This document shows, one piece after another, positions 44,461 through 57,041 of a stretch of 64,000 bases of DNA; within the stretch, counting starts at the first letter, position 1, and the number at the start of each line of letters is the position of its first letter. A program made the position numbers and the translations under genes. The notes under the pieces are model-generated. The model worked only from the letters and a program-made list of their open reading frames with translations, searched no databases and was not told the origin of the DNA. Source of the stretch: Blastocladiella emersonii ATCC 22665 (Eukaryota > Fungi > Blastocladiomycota); the NCBI GenBank assembly GCA_025594325.1, contig JANHCV010000001.1:4216001-4280000 (forward strand), written 5' to 3'.

Positions 44461-47400
44461 CTAATTGGTTGACATGAGCGGGTTGAACGGTCGTTGCTGC
44501 TTCGGGCTCGAGCTGCTGTTACTGAGTAGCATCGAGGCAACTTTGCCGCGCGGAAACATTGCAGCAAATCGAGCGCAATCGGCCAATTTGGAGAACTCGA
44601 GCGTGAACCAAGTCCGTGATGCTTGGCCGTAGAGTACGACTTGTCGTCGGGCGGTTGTATCGCGTCCCATTGATGGAGAGCGATTTCGGCCCAGCGTGCC
44701 GCCACCGTCGCCGCCAGTTGGCCGCCCGAGCGTGGTCCGGCCCGCCGAGACGGTCCGCGGAAGCGACCGTGTGGGTAGCGTCTGATCGAGGTAGTAGACA
44801 CGGAATGCCGACAACGGGCCCGCGAGCGAGTGCCCGGCCTACACGACGCGAAACGCGAGGAAATGAGCAGTGATCAAATCATTGATCGACCTGAAACGAG
44901 ACGCGTCCGCGTACCGCTCCGGGAGCCTGCGCGTGCAAGCGGATCCACCCCACCTGCTGGTCGACAATCGACTCCTCGCCATCGCTGTCCTCGGTTCCAC
45001 GGTTCGGGTTCGCGCTGTTGATCGAGAGCGTGAGGCACCACACCGTCATGTCGACCCAGTGGCCGGCCCGTCCGGAGGCGACTAGGCCAACCGCGGACTG
45101 CAGCCACGCCTGCCGCACGGACTCGGCGGTGGAAAGCGCGACCCCCGCCGATGCAGCCCACGATGGTATCCGGCGCGACACGCGGACGGCGAAAGTCGAC
45201 GGCTCGAGCGCGAACAGTGTGACGCTATCGCGCATCACCTCCATGTCACCGATCCGCTGGGCGAGGTCAAACGGCGCGACGTGGGTCGGACTCGATGGAC
45301 TCGTCGGCGACGCGAGCTGCGAGTCGTTACTGCTGTCGCGACTACTCGGCGCCGTGGTGAATACGCCCGAGCTGCCGCTCCCGTTTGGCGAGACGAAGGC
45401 GGGTGCATCCAAGACAGCGCGGGTTTTCAGCGGGGCAGAAGGTGGCGGGCCTCGTGCGGCGGCCTTGATCAGCCCGCCCAGGATCACCGACCCGCGCCGC
45501 TGCGTCTGCTGCGACGACGATCGCGGCCTGCTCTGCGCTCGAGGTCGAGGTGACGCAGGGGCAGCGCAAACGGGCGGCGGGCTGAGTGGCTTCGACGAGT
45601 CGGGCGCTGGCGCGGGTTTGGGTGCCGGCGACGAGAGCGCAGGGTACGAGTTCCCGCCTGTAGACACGACGCGATGCTGGCCGGGTGCGGCAGCGACAGT
45701 CGGTCGTAACGTTGACCCCGTGCCGTGCAGCGAACCGAGATCGCGGAGATCCGGATCGCTCTCGGTGTGCAGGCTTCCGGGCGTCGTAGTCGATGTCGCG
45801 ACCATGGCGGCGCGGTCGCGCGGGTCGCTCGAAAAGGCGCGCAGGTGGATGGGTCCGACGAGAATCCCGAGCGTCGTGGCGGCGCCGACCGCGAGTAAGA
45901 GCGAGTAGAAGGTGTAGTAGCGTCCCGCCGTCTCGGCCGAGATCGACACGCCGGTCGCGATGATGAGCACGCCGAACGCGTTGAGGAGGGCGAGGCCCCA
46001 CCGCTTGGCCTCGCCCGAGTTGAACCCGCTCGAGCGCGCGCCCCACGCCCAGCGGAAGCAGAGCGTGATGAGGATCAGCTGGACGAGCGCTGTCCACAGG
46101 TAGAAAAAGGCCTGGCCGGACAGCCCGCCGCCGTCGTTGTTGCCCGACGGGGTGCAGGTGCAGACGTGGTTGACCGAGTTGAGCGTCGTGAGCGGCGAGA
46201 CGTGCGGCTGGCACGTAGCGAGGAGCGATGCCGTGGGAACCAGGTAGAGGACGGCGATGGTCCCCACGGTCCGCAACGTGATGGACACCGCGGATCGCGA
46301 AAGCGGCTGCTCGAGAGCAGTGGCGAAGGTCTCGATCTTTCGCCGCAGAGCGTTCGAGAGGAAAAGCTTGTCCTCGCTGGCGAGCGACCCACTGCCGTCA
46401 CTACCGGGAGCGGTCGCCTGCGACTGGCCTGCTGACCCGCCCGGTCGAGCGGTCAGTGGCGTCGAGGATGGCGCGGGAGCGCGGCCGAGGAGTTTGAGTT
46501 GCGCGAGGGCACCGAGGCGGCCGAGGTTGCTTCGGATTGAGGACGCGTCCGATGCGGTTGACGGCGGCACCGAGCCCGACGCGTTTCGCCGAGGCTGAAG
46601 CTGCTGCTCGCGGCGCCGGCGGAAGGCGGTGACGTGGTACAGCGGATACAGCCGAGACGCGGCGCACGCGAGGAGGATGGCTGGCGACCACACGGACAGG
46701 ACGGACCGCGCGGTGCAGGTCGCCGGGACGGGTACGCCGAGCATCGACAGCACGTAAGCGAGCGTGAGCAGCGTCGAGACATGGACCACGACCAGCGAGA
46801 CGAGCGACGACCGCCATATCGGCCGCCGCTCGCGGAACACGATGCACACTACGAACGATGCAAGCACTCCCGCCGCGAGCAGCGAAACGGTCGCGGTGAT
46901 TGCGATCCCAGACGCAGACAGCCAGTGGATGTTGAGCATGGCCTTTTGCGACGCGTCGGGCGGGACCTCGCCGAGCGCCATGCCCGGGAACGCGTACGCC
47001 GCGAGCACAACGTTCGGGTTGGGCGGGATCGAGTCGACGCGCTGCACCACGTACGACGCGTTCGTCACGCTCGTCCCGGGCACGACCACGGGCGTGCGCA
47101 GGTAGTAGTAGCGCGCGATGGCGTCGCCCGAGGCATCGAGCGGTAGAGGGAACTGCGGGTACGCCGCCTCGGTCACCGAGAAGAGCGACACGTTCATGCG
47201 CGCGTACAGCGCGGGGGACCGGGCGGCGAGGTCGGCGTACGTCGCGCCGGGCGTCGTGCGCACGAGCTGGTCGAGGCCGTACACCATGGAAAAGCCGCAC
47301 GCGTAGCCCTCCTCGAATCCCAGCGCCGACGGGTACGGGTACGACATGCCGCCGTTGCGCGCGGCGTAGTAGGCGAGAAAGTCGGGCAGGATGCGGTTGT

Positions 47401-48431
47401 TGTCCAGCGTCTGCGGCGCGAGCGAGAAGATGGCGGCGCTCTCGAGAATAGCTGGGTACAGGTCGGGCGCAAGAATCTGCAGATCGTAGGTCGGGTCGTT
47501 GAGAAACAGGAACACGCGCGGCATGCCGGGCGGCGTGGCCATGAAGCCGTGGCGGTACAGGTGGACGAGCAGCTTGGCCGCGACCGACGAGAGGTGGCCG
47601 ATGCAGATGACGCGGGCGTCGGCGGCCAGCAGCTGCTCGCGCAGCGTGGCCATGGTGTCCTCGAGGTTGGCGGCCGACGCCTGCAGGACCGTCGTCCCTA
47701 GCACGGTCATGCGCTCGGCGGCCGCGTATCGCTGGAGGAACTCGGTGACTACACGGCGATCACGCGGTGAGTTTAATGGGCTGTTCGAGTAATTGCCGAT
47801 CGACGTACGGAGCTGATAGACCGGATACCCGCCCTCCTGGACGATGCTGAAGCGGGACCAGCCGTACTTTTTCATGAAACTGATCATGCCGCGCGCGTCG
47901 GACGGCGTCGTGGTGCGATAACGGAAGAAGAAGGGATATTGCTTCTTGTCCGAGAGATCGTACGCCGCCGAAACGTAGGAGCACATGGGTATCCGGAACG
48001 GCGAGGTGACGGCGCTGATGACTTTGGACGCATCAGACGTTACGCCGCCAAAGATCCCCGAGATGTTGGTTTGCACAGCCTCTAAACGACACTGGTTGTC
48101 AATCAATCGCCGGTAGTACGCGTTCGTGCGAAGTTGGCGCACCCAGGGCGCCGAAGATCGCTTGCCCAACATCGTTGAAGCCGAATCCGGTCGTGTCAAT
48201 GTTCACCAGAGAGACGTTGACGCCGGGGAGATACCCCGCTCGCTGAGCGGCCTGAACCCCGAGAAGATGGGAGTCCTTGGCCGCCAGGGCGCTCGTTCGC
48301 ACAGTCGGGTTCACGGTGCGGAACGGCATCGTCACCGCGAGGCGGACCGTGACCGAGCTCTCAGTCAACTGGGCCGAGGACAAGGCCAGCACGGCCAGAG
48401 CGAAGCCGAACATCCATTTCGATAGTTGCAT
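44461..48431 (-). CDS. Class C (GABA-B-like) GPCR: signal peptide, Venus-flytrap/ANF-receptor domain, 7TM, long cytoplasmic tail
   Basis: Signal peptide; GIFGGVTSDAS, LSDKKQYPFFFR, MKKYGWSRFSIV; TM region FRERRPIWRSSLVSL...CTARSVL and NSGEAKRWGLALLN...TTLGILVGP. Introns 48142-48082, 47808-47749 and 44914-44839. Confidence 0.8.
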
Positions 48432-48982
48432 AGTGTTTCATTGGCTTTCCATGCTGGCCCCAGTCGTCCCGCGGCTAGAATGCAAGGAAACCCGCCACGA
48501 GGGGACGGATCCTGCGGCTCAAGCGAGCGATCCATGGCGGTCTCCCGATGCACTTTGTTTGTCCGAGCATCGCGAGGAGAGTTTCGCCCGAGCACTGCGG
48601 ACGCGGAGCGCGAGGCGCGAGACAGAGACGCGTCGCGGCGCCACGTGCCGTGTTCGACGCGTGGAAGGGCGGGATTCTCCCTGCCATCAAAAATAGATTG
48701 ATTCAGTTGTTCCTGCCTGTGTTGCGGCGCCGGGGCCACCCTCTTTTGGCCCACGCGGGCCCCTTGCTGCGCCCCCTCGCGAGTCCCTGCCGGAAGAAAG
48801 GTGAAAGGTCTCCCTCCCTCCCTCCCTCACGTTTTCAACCCTGCCCGAGCGCCACGCATCTCCCTCTCCCCGCACACACCTGCCCCGCACATTGCAATGT
48901 AAATATTAGCAGCGACCTTGTGCTCGCCTGGCAACGCGCTGACGCTGCCGCCGTCGCCGATCATTGAGTAGAACCGTAAACC

Positions 48983-49599
48983 ATGTTCCCCGAGTCGCTC
49001 ATCTCCAAGGAGGTCCTCGCCGAGCTGCCAGCCGGCTACTCAATCCGGCCGCTGCGGGCCGAGGACTTTGACAAGGGTCCAGACTTGTCCGTACTGTGAA
49101 CACCTTCGATCGTCGCTGACCACTGTCCCTGTCGCGTAGGCTACGTCGCGCTGCTCCAGCAGCTCACCGTCGTCGGCGACATCACCAAGGAGCAGTTTGC
49201 TGGTGCGCCTCGCGATGCTTGATCCTCGCGAGATCGCGCAACTGACACACGGCTCGTGTAGAGCGCTACGCGTACCTCGAGAAGCACAACGACACGTACT
49301 ACTCGCTGGTGATCGAGGACCAGAACGCGGGCCGCGTGGTGGGCGCGGGCACGCTCATGGTCGAGCGCAAGTTCATCCGTAACTGCGGCAAGGTCGGCCA
49401 CATCGAGGACATTGTCGTGGACGGCGACCAGCGCGGCAAGAAGTTTGGCCTGCGGGTCATCCATGCGCTGACGCACATTGCCAAGGAGACGGGCTGCTAC
49501 AAGGTGATCCTCAACTGCTCCAAGGACAACGTCGGGTTCTACGAGCGCACCGGCTTCTCGCTCAAGGAGGTCGAGATGGCGCTGTACATTCAGGAGTGA
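48983..49599 (+). CDS. GNA1: Glucosamine-6-phosphate N-acetyltransferase (GNAT), 3 exons
   Basis: IRPLRAEDFDKG-YVALLQQLTVVG; VERKFIRNCGKVGHIEDIVV...RGKKFG; CYKVILNCS...FYERTGF. Confidence 0.95.
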
Positions 49600-49690
49600 G
49601 CAGTATCCGTGTCGCGTCGGCGGCTCGATGCGGAGCCGCAGCTATCGAGTGCGTGTTCAGTTGTAGTTACCCTGTATTATACATCATCTC

Positions 49691-50718
49691 CTAGTTCGCA
49701 TTCTCGGGCTGCCAGATACTCGACATGTGGTTGACAAAGGCGATCTCGTCGCGCGAAATGTCCCACTCGCGGCCCGCCATGAGCCAGCCGAAGGCGGCCA
49801 TGCGATTCTCGGCGATGAGGCGCATGCCGGCCCACTCCTCTGGAGTGCCGTCGGCGTACCGCTTCCACGCAGGTGCAGAGTCGTCGGCGCCCTCGACGCG
49901 CGACGGGATGCCAAAGTCGTCGCCGACGGCCTCGCTGATCAGGCCGTCCTCGAGGGACCGCGACGCGGCGTACATGATGGACACGTCTACAAATCGGGCA
50001 GCCGGGTCAGATCGGAGAATTCATGACTTCGCGACGCGGGGAACGACGTACCGATCTTCTTGGCCATGTCGCGCACGGCGCGCGGGATCTTGTTGGCGTC
50101 GCTCGAGTCGCACGACGGGTCCTCGAGGGCCTCCTTGAGCGAGAGCAGGACCTGGGCGCGGGCGCGCCAGTACCACGCCTCGGCCGAGTTCAGCGCCGCC
50201 GCGAGCTCGGCCTCGGGCCGCACGACGTGGCTGCGGGCGAGAAAGTCCTCGATGGTCTTGACGTTGGCGGGCACGATGCCCGTGGACTGCAGCGCGCCCT
50301 GCATGTCGAAGGTGTTGTAGTAGGCGGGGATCTTGGGCTGCATGCCGAGCGACCACGTCAGCACGCCGAACGACTCCCAGCGGCCGGCCATCTTGGCGAG
50401 CTCCTCGACGGGCGTGGCGTTGAGGTCGCTGTGCAGGAAGGCGTGCTCGCTCGGCAGCAGCTCGACGGCGGGCAGCGACTTGCTCAGCGCCGCGTTGGCC
50501 TCGGCGATGCGGCCGCGGATCTCGCCCTTGACCTTGTCGGGGATCTCCTCGCGGCCCTGCAGGTCGTGCGACATGTGCTCGAGCCCCCAGCGCGACATGA
50601 CGAGGTGCGTGGCCGCGACCCGCTTGGCCACGGCCGGCGCCGACTGCAGCGAGAAGCCCGTCGCGGCCTGCTGCAGCGGCTCGGCGACGCGGGCGCGGAG
50701 GGCAAGGGTGCGGATCAT
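49691..50718 (-). CDS. DUF4272-like protein, 2 exons
   Basis: GRWESFGVLTWSLG, AEAWYWRAR and ENRMAAFGWLMAGREWD resemble the conserved blocks of DUF4272 (WRxEx.VLxWALG; ERHYALNWL...WD). Intron 50051-49987. Confidence 0.55.
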
Positions 50719-50952
50719 GCTTGTTGATGCGTTGCAATAGCGGAGGGGGTTCCGTTCGATCGAGAGAGAGAGGGAGCGGCGCGGGCGGGTCGGTCGTGTT
50801 GTCGTCGGCGGCGACTTGAACGTCAACGGCGCGTGAGCCGCAAGCCGACGCTTCCTCCCCACGACTCTGGTCTGTCCATGTATTCTCCGCGCTCATAAGC
50901 TGATTTATCTCCCCACTCTGTGCAACGCAACACGAGCAGCCTACCAGTCAAC

Positions 50953-52625
50953 ATGCCCGTGTGGTAAGTCGCGGTGCTCGCTCGAACCTCGCAAGCGTTG
51001 CCGCGAAGCACGACAGCCGCTGAACGTCGCCAACGTGTAGCAAATACTATCTCCAGGGCCGCTGCACCTACGGCAACCGGTGTCGAAACGACCACCCTCC
51101 CCTCAACAACGCGGGCGGCAGCGGCGGCGGGCAGAGCTCGTCCTTCGCGTCCAACAGCTCATACGCGTCGAGCTCGTTCCAGAACTACCGCGGGACCGGG
51201 TCCAGCGGCGCTGGCGGCGGTCGTGGCGGGAACACGATGAACCTGCCGTCCGCGAATCAGAAGAGCATTCGGTACGCTTGCTCCGAGGGACACCGCGGAT
51301 GCAGCTGATGCTGATCATCCGTCACGTAGCGAGCGCGAGGCCGTTATCACCAACGACTTTAGCGCGGAGAAGCCCCTGTGGCCCTTCTCGTCGTACGGCT
51401 TCCCGTCCGAGCCCTGCGTGCTCAAGGACCTCGACCAATCGCCCGAGGAGATCCGCATCATGTTCTACATGAACCCGCAGTACGCGGTACGTGCTCGCTT
51501 CTTCCACACTCCGTGAACTCTTCACTGATATAACGCCGTGTCCAGCTCCAATTCGTCAACGAGTGGAGCCAGAAGACGACTGCGGCGCACGCCAAGGTTC
51601 GCGACAACCCGCTGCCGTCCGCGCAGTACGCCGAGATGCTGTACAAGCAGGCCCTCCAGGCCGCCGAGTCCAAAGAGAGCGCAACCTCGACAGGCGGCTT
51701 CGGCGGCGGCAGCAGCAGCAACCCGTTCGGCGCACCGTCGACGCAGAGCGCGTTCGGCGCCCCGTCCTCGTTCAGCGCGCTCGCCAACCCCTCGCCCTTC
51801 TCGTCCAACCAGAACAGCAACACCTCGTCCGCTTTCGGCACCCCCTCGCAGGGTTCGGCGTTCGGCGCCCCCTCGGCTTTCGGCGCGCCATCCGCGTTCG
51901 GCACCCCGTCCGCCTTCGGCTCGCAGGCGACCAGTCCTTTCGGCACCCCGACGCCGGCGCAGCAGTCGTCTGCGTTCGGCGCCCCCTCGGCCTTTGGCGC
52001 CGCGCCCGCGCAGCCCGCGTTTGGCGCACCCTCTGCGTTCGGCGCTCCTTCGACCCCATCTGCCTTCGGGGCTCCCGCGACAGCTTCATCGTTCGGCGCG
52101 CCACAGCAGCCGTCCGCGTTTGGTGCACCCTCGGCGTTTGGTGCCGCGCCCGCGCAGCCTGCGTTTGGCGCTCCGTCTGCCTTCGGGACCCCGTCCGCGT
52201 TCGGCGCACCCGCGACCCAGTCCGCCTTTGGTGCTCCCGCTGCACCCTCAGCTTTCGGTGCCCCCGCTGCGCCCTCGGCTTTCGGCACACCCGCCACGTC
52301 ATCTGCCTTCGGCGCACCACAGCAGCAGCCGTCCGCGTTCGGCGCGCCCTCAGCCTTCGGCGCACCATCCGCGTTCGGCGGTGCGCAACCCGCTGCCGCG
52401 AACCCGTTCAGCGCGCCGGCCTCCGCCCCGGCCCCCTCGACGCTCGGCACGGGCGCCGCGATCGCGGGCACGCTGAACGAGGCGGTCGCCCCGCCACCGG
52501 CCGCCGTGGCTGCCGCGTCGGCGCAGCGGGCAGAGCTCGGGGACGCGACGTGCGACGCGTACCTGGCGCCCAAGTTCGCGCTCGGCAGCGTGCCGACGGC
52601 GCCGCCGCCGCGCGAGCTGTGCTAG
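50953..52625 (+). CDS. NUP42: Nucleoporin NUP42/NUPL2 (hCG1/Amo1-like): CCCH zinc finger, SAFG repeats, Gle1-binding tail
   Basis: Spliced N-terminus MPVCKYYLQGRCTYGNRCRNDH (C-x7-C-x5-C-x3-H); EKPLWPFSSYG; DQSPEEIR; FG repeats; C-terminal AYLAPKFALGSVPTAPPPRELC. Confidence 0.9.
51700..52380 (+). repeat. Coding FG-repeat array (PSAFG-type) of NUP42
   Basis: About 23 AFG units counted by eye in the translation, encoded by degenerate GCGTTCGGC/GCCTTCGGC/GCGTTTGGT units. Confidence 0.9.
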
Positions 52626-52663
52626 GGGGAGAATAGGAATACACTTTATATCAAGCAAAACCG

Positions 52664-55600
52664 TCAAAACAGGCCGTGGACGAGGCCGTCGGCGGACCCG
52701 AGGATCCACATGGGCACGCTGCCGCCGTCCAGGAAACTCGCCGTGGCCGTGACGCGCGCGGCCTCGCGCCAGCGCATCGCGGGGCCGGCGTGGCTGGTAC
52801 CGAGCTGCACCTTGGCCGCGGTGCCCGCCGAGTCCATAACCAGGAGCAGGCTGTCCGAGACCGCGTGCAGGTGGCTGATATCGGCGAGCCCGGGGACTTG
52901 AGTACGGGAGTGTGAGTGTGAGTGAGCGCAGAGCGTGGCCGTGGCAGGGACGACGTACCCCGAATCGCCTTGTGAAGGACAAACGTGCCCACGTTCCACA
53001 CGTACAGCGCGTTGTCGCCGTGCGCCACGCTGACGAGCAGGTCGTCCATGTACAGGAGCTAAACGAACGCGCTGTTAGCTAAATCGCCACCATGGCCGTG
53101 AGCGACAAGCGCACCTTGGTCACTGCCGAGTCATGCGCGCGCCAGCACGCGAGCAGCGAGCCCATGTGCACGTCGAGGAGCGAGATGGACCCCATACTCG
53201 ATCCCGCGGCCGCGACGCCCGTCTTGGCGGACACGGCGATCGCCGAGAGGTTGCCCTGGAAGCTGGCGCCCGTCGCGTAGTGGATCGGCGCGCTGCGCGT
53301 GCGCAGGTCGTTCATGCTACACCAACGGCTCCCGTCAGCACACGCAGGAATCGACGATCACCCGCGCCATCGTACAAGAGCGTCCCGTTACTCGCCGCGC
53401 CAACGAGCAGACGCAGGTCGGCCCACGGCTGCACGAGGCTGAGCGTCGACTTGGCCTTGACCTGGGCCACGGGCTGGCACGTCTCGGCGTCCCACGCGTG
53501 GATCGAGCCGTCGCACGAGACGACGAGGTGGCCGAGCCCGCACACCTCGGTGACGGGGTCCTGGTGCAGCGAGTACACAGACGTGGCCTGGAGCGAGGAT
53601 AGCGGGTCGACGCCGCGCGTCGTCGCGTCGAGTTGCCTAGCGAGTCCTAAGGGTTAGACGTGAATTCGAGGAGCGTGTGAGTGAAGGCGCACCATAGCCT
53701 GACCGTCTTGTCCTTGCCGCCCGTCGCGAGCTGGCGAAAGTGAGGGAGGTAGCCGACCGCCGAGAGGCCCGTGTGCCCCGCTACAGCGGCCGCGTCGCGT
53801 CAGTACCAGGGCCTCATCGACACGCACCACTCGAGACGCACATGGGAACGACCACGCGAGCTTGCCCTGGAACTCGTTGCTCTGCGACCAGATGTGGCTC
53901 GCAAACTCGTCGCTGGCCGGCCGCGCGAGGGACTTGCTGCTCCCGCTGATGGAGCTCGCGCGCGATCCGAGGGCCACGTCGACCACGCTCGATGACCGGC
54001 TACAAAAAGCGCTTTCCGTGAGCCTCAACGGCTCCGATTGAACCGGAATCGCGTACCTGGACCGCACGTCCTCCATGGAAAACGGCAGCGACGCCGAGAT
54101 CCGTGCGGGCGGCGCGACGAACCGCGGTGCCGCGGGCGACGACTCGCCCTCCTTTTGCGCCTGCAGCGTCATGAGCTGGGTCTCGAACGCGTCGGCCCAC
54201 GGGTACAGGTCGCGCACGCGGTCGTGGCCGAGCGACGCGCGCCCGAGCGAGTACGCCGCGGTCATGATGGCGTCCGTGGCCAGCGTCGAGGCCGGGTTCG
54301 ACACGGCGTCCTCACACACGGCGAACACGGACGGGAGGAGCTACACGCGGGGGAGGGATGGTCAGTACGACTGGAAGGATTGGACACGTCAGCGAAGACC
54401 ACGGACATGTTTCTGGACCGCGGACGGATCCGCATGGCGAAGCACCAGGTCGCCGATCTCGAGCGCGAGGGCCATGAGCGGGACTGACCGCCGCGCGCTC
54501 GCTTCGGCGACGAGGTTCCCCGCCGTCGCAGCGAGGTACCCGTCGACCCCCAAATTCGCGAGCCGCTCGAATACGGACGCGAACACGGGTGCGATCTTGC
54601 GGAGTGCGACCTCGCTCGCCGCGGCGCTGGTGAGCTCGCGGACGAGGTGCGGGAGGATGACCTGGCGCGTGTACGGCGCGCCGAGGGCGTTGCTGACGCC
54701 CAAGATCGTCGACACGACGGGCGACCCTTGGCGCATCATCATGGTGAGGACGGGGAGGAGCTTGGTGCGGGTGTAGACGGGCCCGAGGAGCACGCCGAGC
54801 TGGATGAGGAACGCGCCCTCGTAGATGTGCTGCTCGCGGTCGAGCAGCGCGCGCGAGACGGCCGGCCACAGGTGCGTGACGAAGGTGTCGGGCCCGAAAT
54901 ACCGCATGGCGAGCGGGAGCGAGACGCGCGCCGGGTGGCCGTGCGCGAGATGGACGCGCGGCACGAAGAAGGCGAGGAACAGTGACTGGCCCATCTTGAG
55001 CCACGCGCGCTCCATGAGGTCCGCCAGCGGCATCACGCGCTGCGCGTGGTGCAGGAGCACCTCCATGGCGTCCGGGCTCAGCGGCATCGCGGGCCACGCG
55101 ACCGACGTCGGCGCGGGCTGCCGCCGCGCCGCACGCACAAACGCGTACAGGTGCGGGAGAGACGGGTGCGTCGGCAGCGGCAGCTTGGTGATCCCGGTCC
55201 CGTCGCCCGCAAAGTAGGTGGTGTCGAACGAGGCAATGCGCTCGAGGTCGTCGAGGGAGCACGTCGCGGGCAGCACCGACTTGACGGCGGCGCCGAGGTC
55301 CGGGTCGTCGAGCGGTACGGGCAGGCGCGCCGGGTGCGGATGGCGGAACAGCTGGCGCACACCGTGGTGCGGGGTGACAAACGACGAGTCCGGGTGGGCG
55401 AGGGCGAGGGCCACGTTCTTGGCCTCGATGCCGGCGAACCCCGTGAGGCGGAACCCAAAGACGAGGTCGATCCACTGGTGCAGCTTGGCGGTGACAGCAG
55501 GCGACTCGAGGAGGGCGCGGTGCTTGGCGACGAGCTCTTCGGGCGACTTTGCCCACGGCGGCAGCTCGAGGTCGGGCATGTCCGGGTGGGCGGAGCGGAA

Positions 55601-57041
55601 GATGGACGGGTCCGAGAACCACTCGGGGATGCACTCGTCGGCGGTCCAGGCGTACATGGCCTCGGCGGTGGTGGGGACCTCGGAGGGCGTGAAGCGGACG
55701 CGGACGTGGCGGCGGAGGACGGCGCGGGGGAGGCGGCGGGCGCGATACGTGCCGAACGAGAGGTCGGTGAGGAACGAGGTGATGTGGTGCGGCGGCTCGC
55801 CCATGAACAGCATGTCGAGCTGCTCGTCGCCCTTCTTGAGGCGGTATTTTGTGCGGGTCAGGTCGCGCAGGCCGACGGGGTCGCCGGGCGAGTAGGTCGA
55901 AAAGTCGGTGATCCACGGCAGGACCGGGTGGAAGTGGACGTCGTAGAAGGTGCGGCCGGCCATGCGGTTGAGGTGGAGCAGGTACGTGTAGTTGTCGATC
56001 TCGCCCGTGACCCAGGCGCGGAACGGCGACTGGCCGTCAACGAGTGCGAGGGCCGGGTCGGCGCCAACGAGCGGGAGCTGGACCTGGACCCACCAGCCCT
56101 CGTCGAGGTAGACGTTGCGCAGGTCAAGGAATGGCCAGTCGCAGCCGAGGCGGCGGAAGTGCGACTCGAGCGACTGCAGCTGGAAGGCGATGAACTGCAG
56201 CTTGAACTGGTTGAGGGTGCGCGGCTGGAAGGCAAGCACGTTGCTGAGGCACGGCAGCGCGAGGTAGGCGGCAAACACGGTGGTCGGGGTCTCGAGAAGG
56301 GCGAGCGGCTGTCGGATGTGCTGGTGGGCAAAGATGCGCTCGAGCGCGCGGCGCTGCTGTCGGAGCGGCGTGCCGGTGTGCTGCGGCTCGGCCTCGGGAG
56401 CGACGACAAAGCACGGCGCATCAAAGACGTCCATGAGACGAGGGCGGTCGACGGGCTCGGCGTTGGGCGGGACCTCGTCGAGTTCGAGCCCCTCGAGCTC
56501 CTCGAGGTACTGCTTGAGCGAAAGACCGGCGCCGGGACGTGGCCCACGCTGCCACTCGTTTGCTGTTGTTGGTGCGGCATCGTCCTGAGCGGGGATGCTC
56601 AGGTTGACGCTACAGGCGCGCGTGGGGGCGATTCAGTCGCGGTTCACGGTGCAGAGGTGACGGGAGGAACATACACGGCGTTCTCCGCATCGTAGACGTA
56701 GAGGTCGACGGGGCCAAGAGTAAAGGAGAGCTGTGGGTGGTCCGGGTGCGGCGCGACGGGCCCGTGCTGCGATACTTCCGCATAGAACGCCACCACCTAC
56801 GGTACACGGCGGGCACACTCAACAACTGGTCGGAGGCAGGTCTTGCAGTGTGCAGTGGAACAAGCCATACTTCGGACAGGTCTTCGCGCAGGGCAGACCA
56901 GTCGGTGGCGGCCGAGGCGACGGGCGAGTCGCCGGACAGGGCGGCGGACGAGGGCGAGCGCAGGCTGGTGGCGGCGTGGCGGCGCGCGGCCTCGGTGACG
57001 CGGTGGCAGAATGCCGCAAGTGGCGAGTCGGGCAGATTCAT
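52664..57041 (-). CDS. WDR81: WDR81-like BEACH and WD40 protein, multi-exon
   Basis: GEIDNYTYLLHLNRMAGR...HPVLPWITDFS, LRDLTRTKYRLKKGDEQLD, WTADECIPEWFSDPSIFRSAHPDMPDLELP, LHQWIDLVFG, IEAKNV; C-terminal WD40 repeats ending WILGSADGLVHGLF*. Start and internal exons are approximate. Confidence 0.85.

Noticed and set aside
44879-44914. ORF-track stop of the GPCR at 44879
   Set aside because: It lies inside a canonical intron (44914-44839); the reading frame continues to 44461.
51700-52380. Regularly spaced short repeats that could suggest a CRISPR array or satellite
   Set aside because: They are the degenerate coding PSAFG repeats of NUP42, with no unique spacers and no cas genes.
52651-53049. 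Alternative last-exon frame for WDR81 ending ...FDGFA*
   Set aside because: The frame ending at 52664 (WILGSADGLVHGLF*) looks like a terminal WD40 strand; the other frame is low-complexity.
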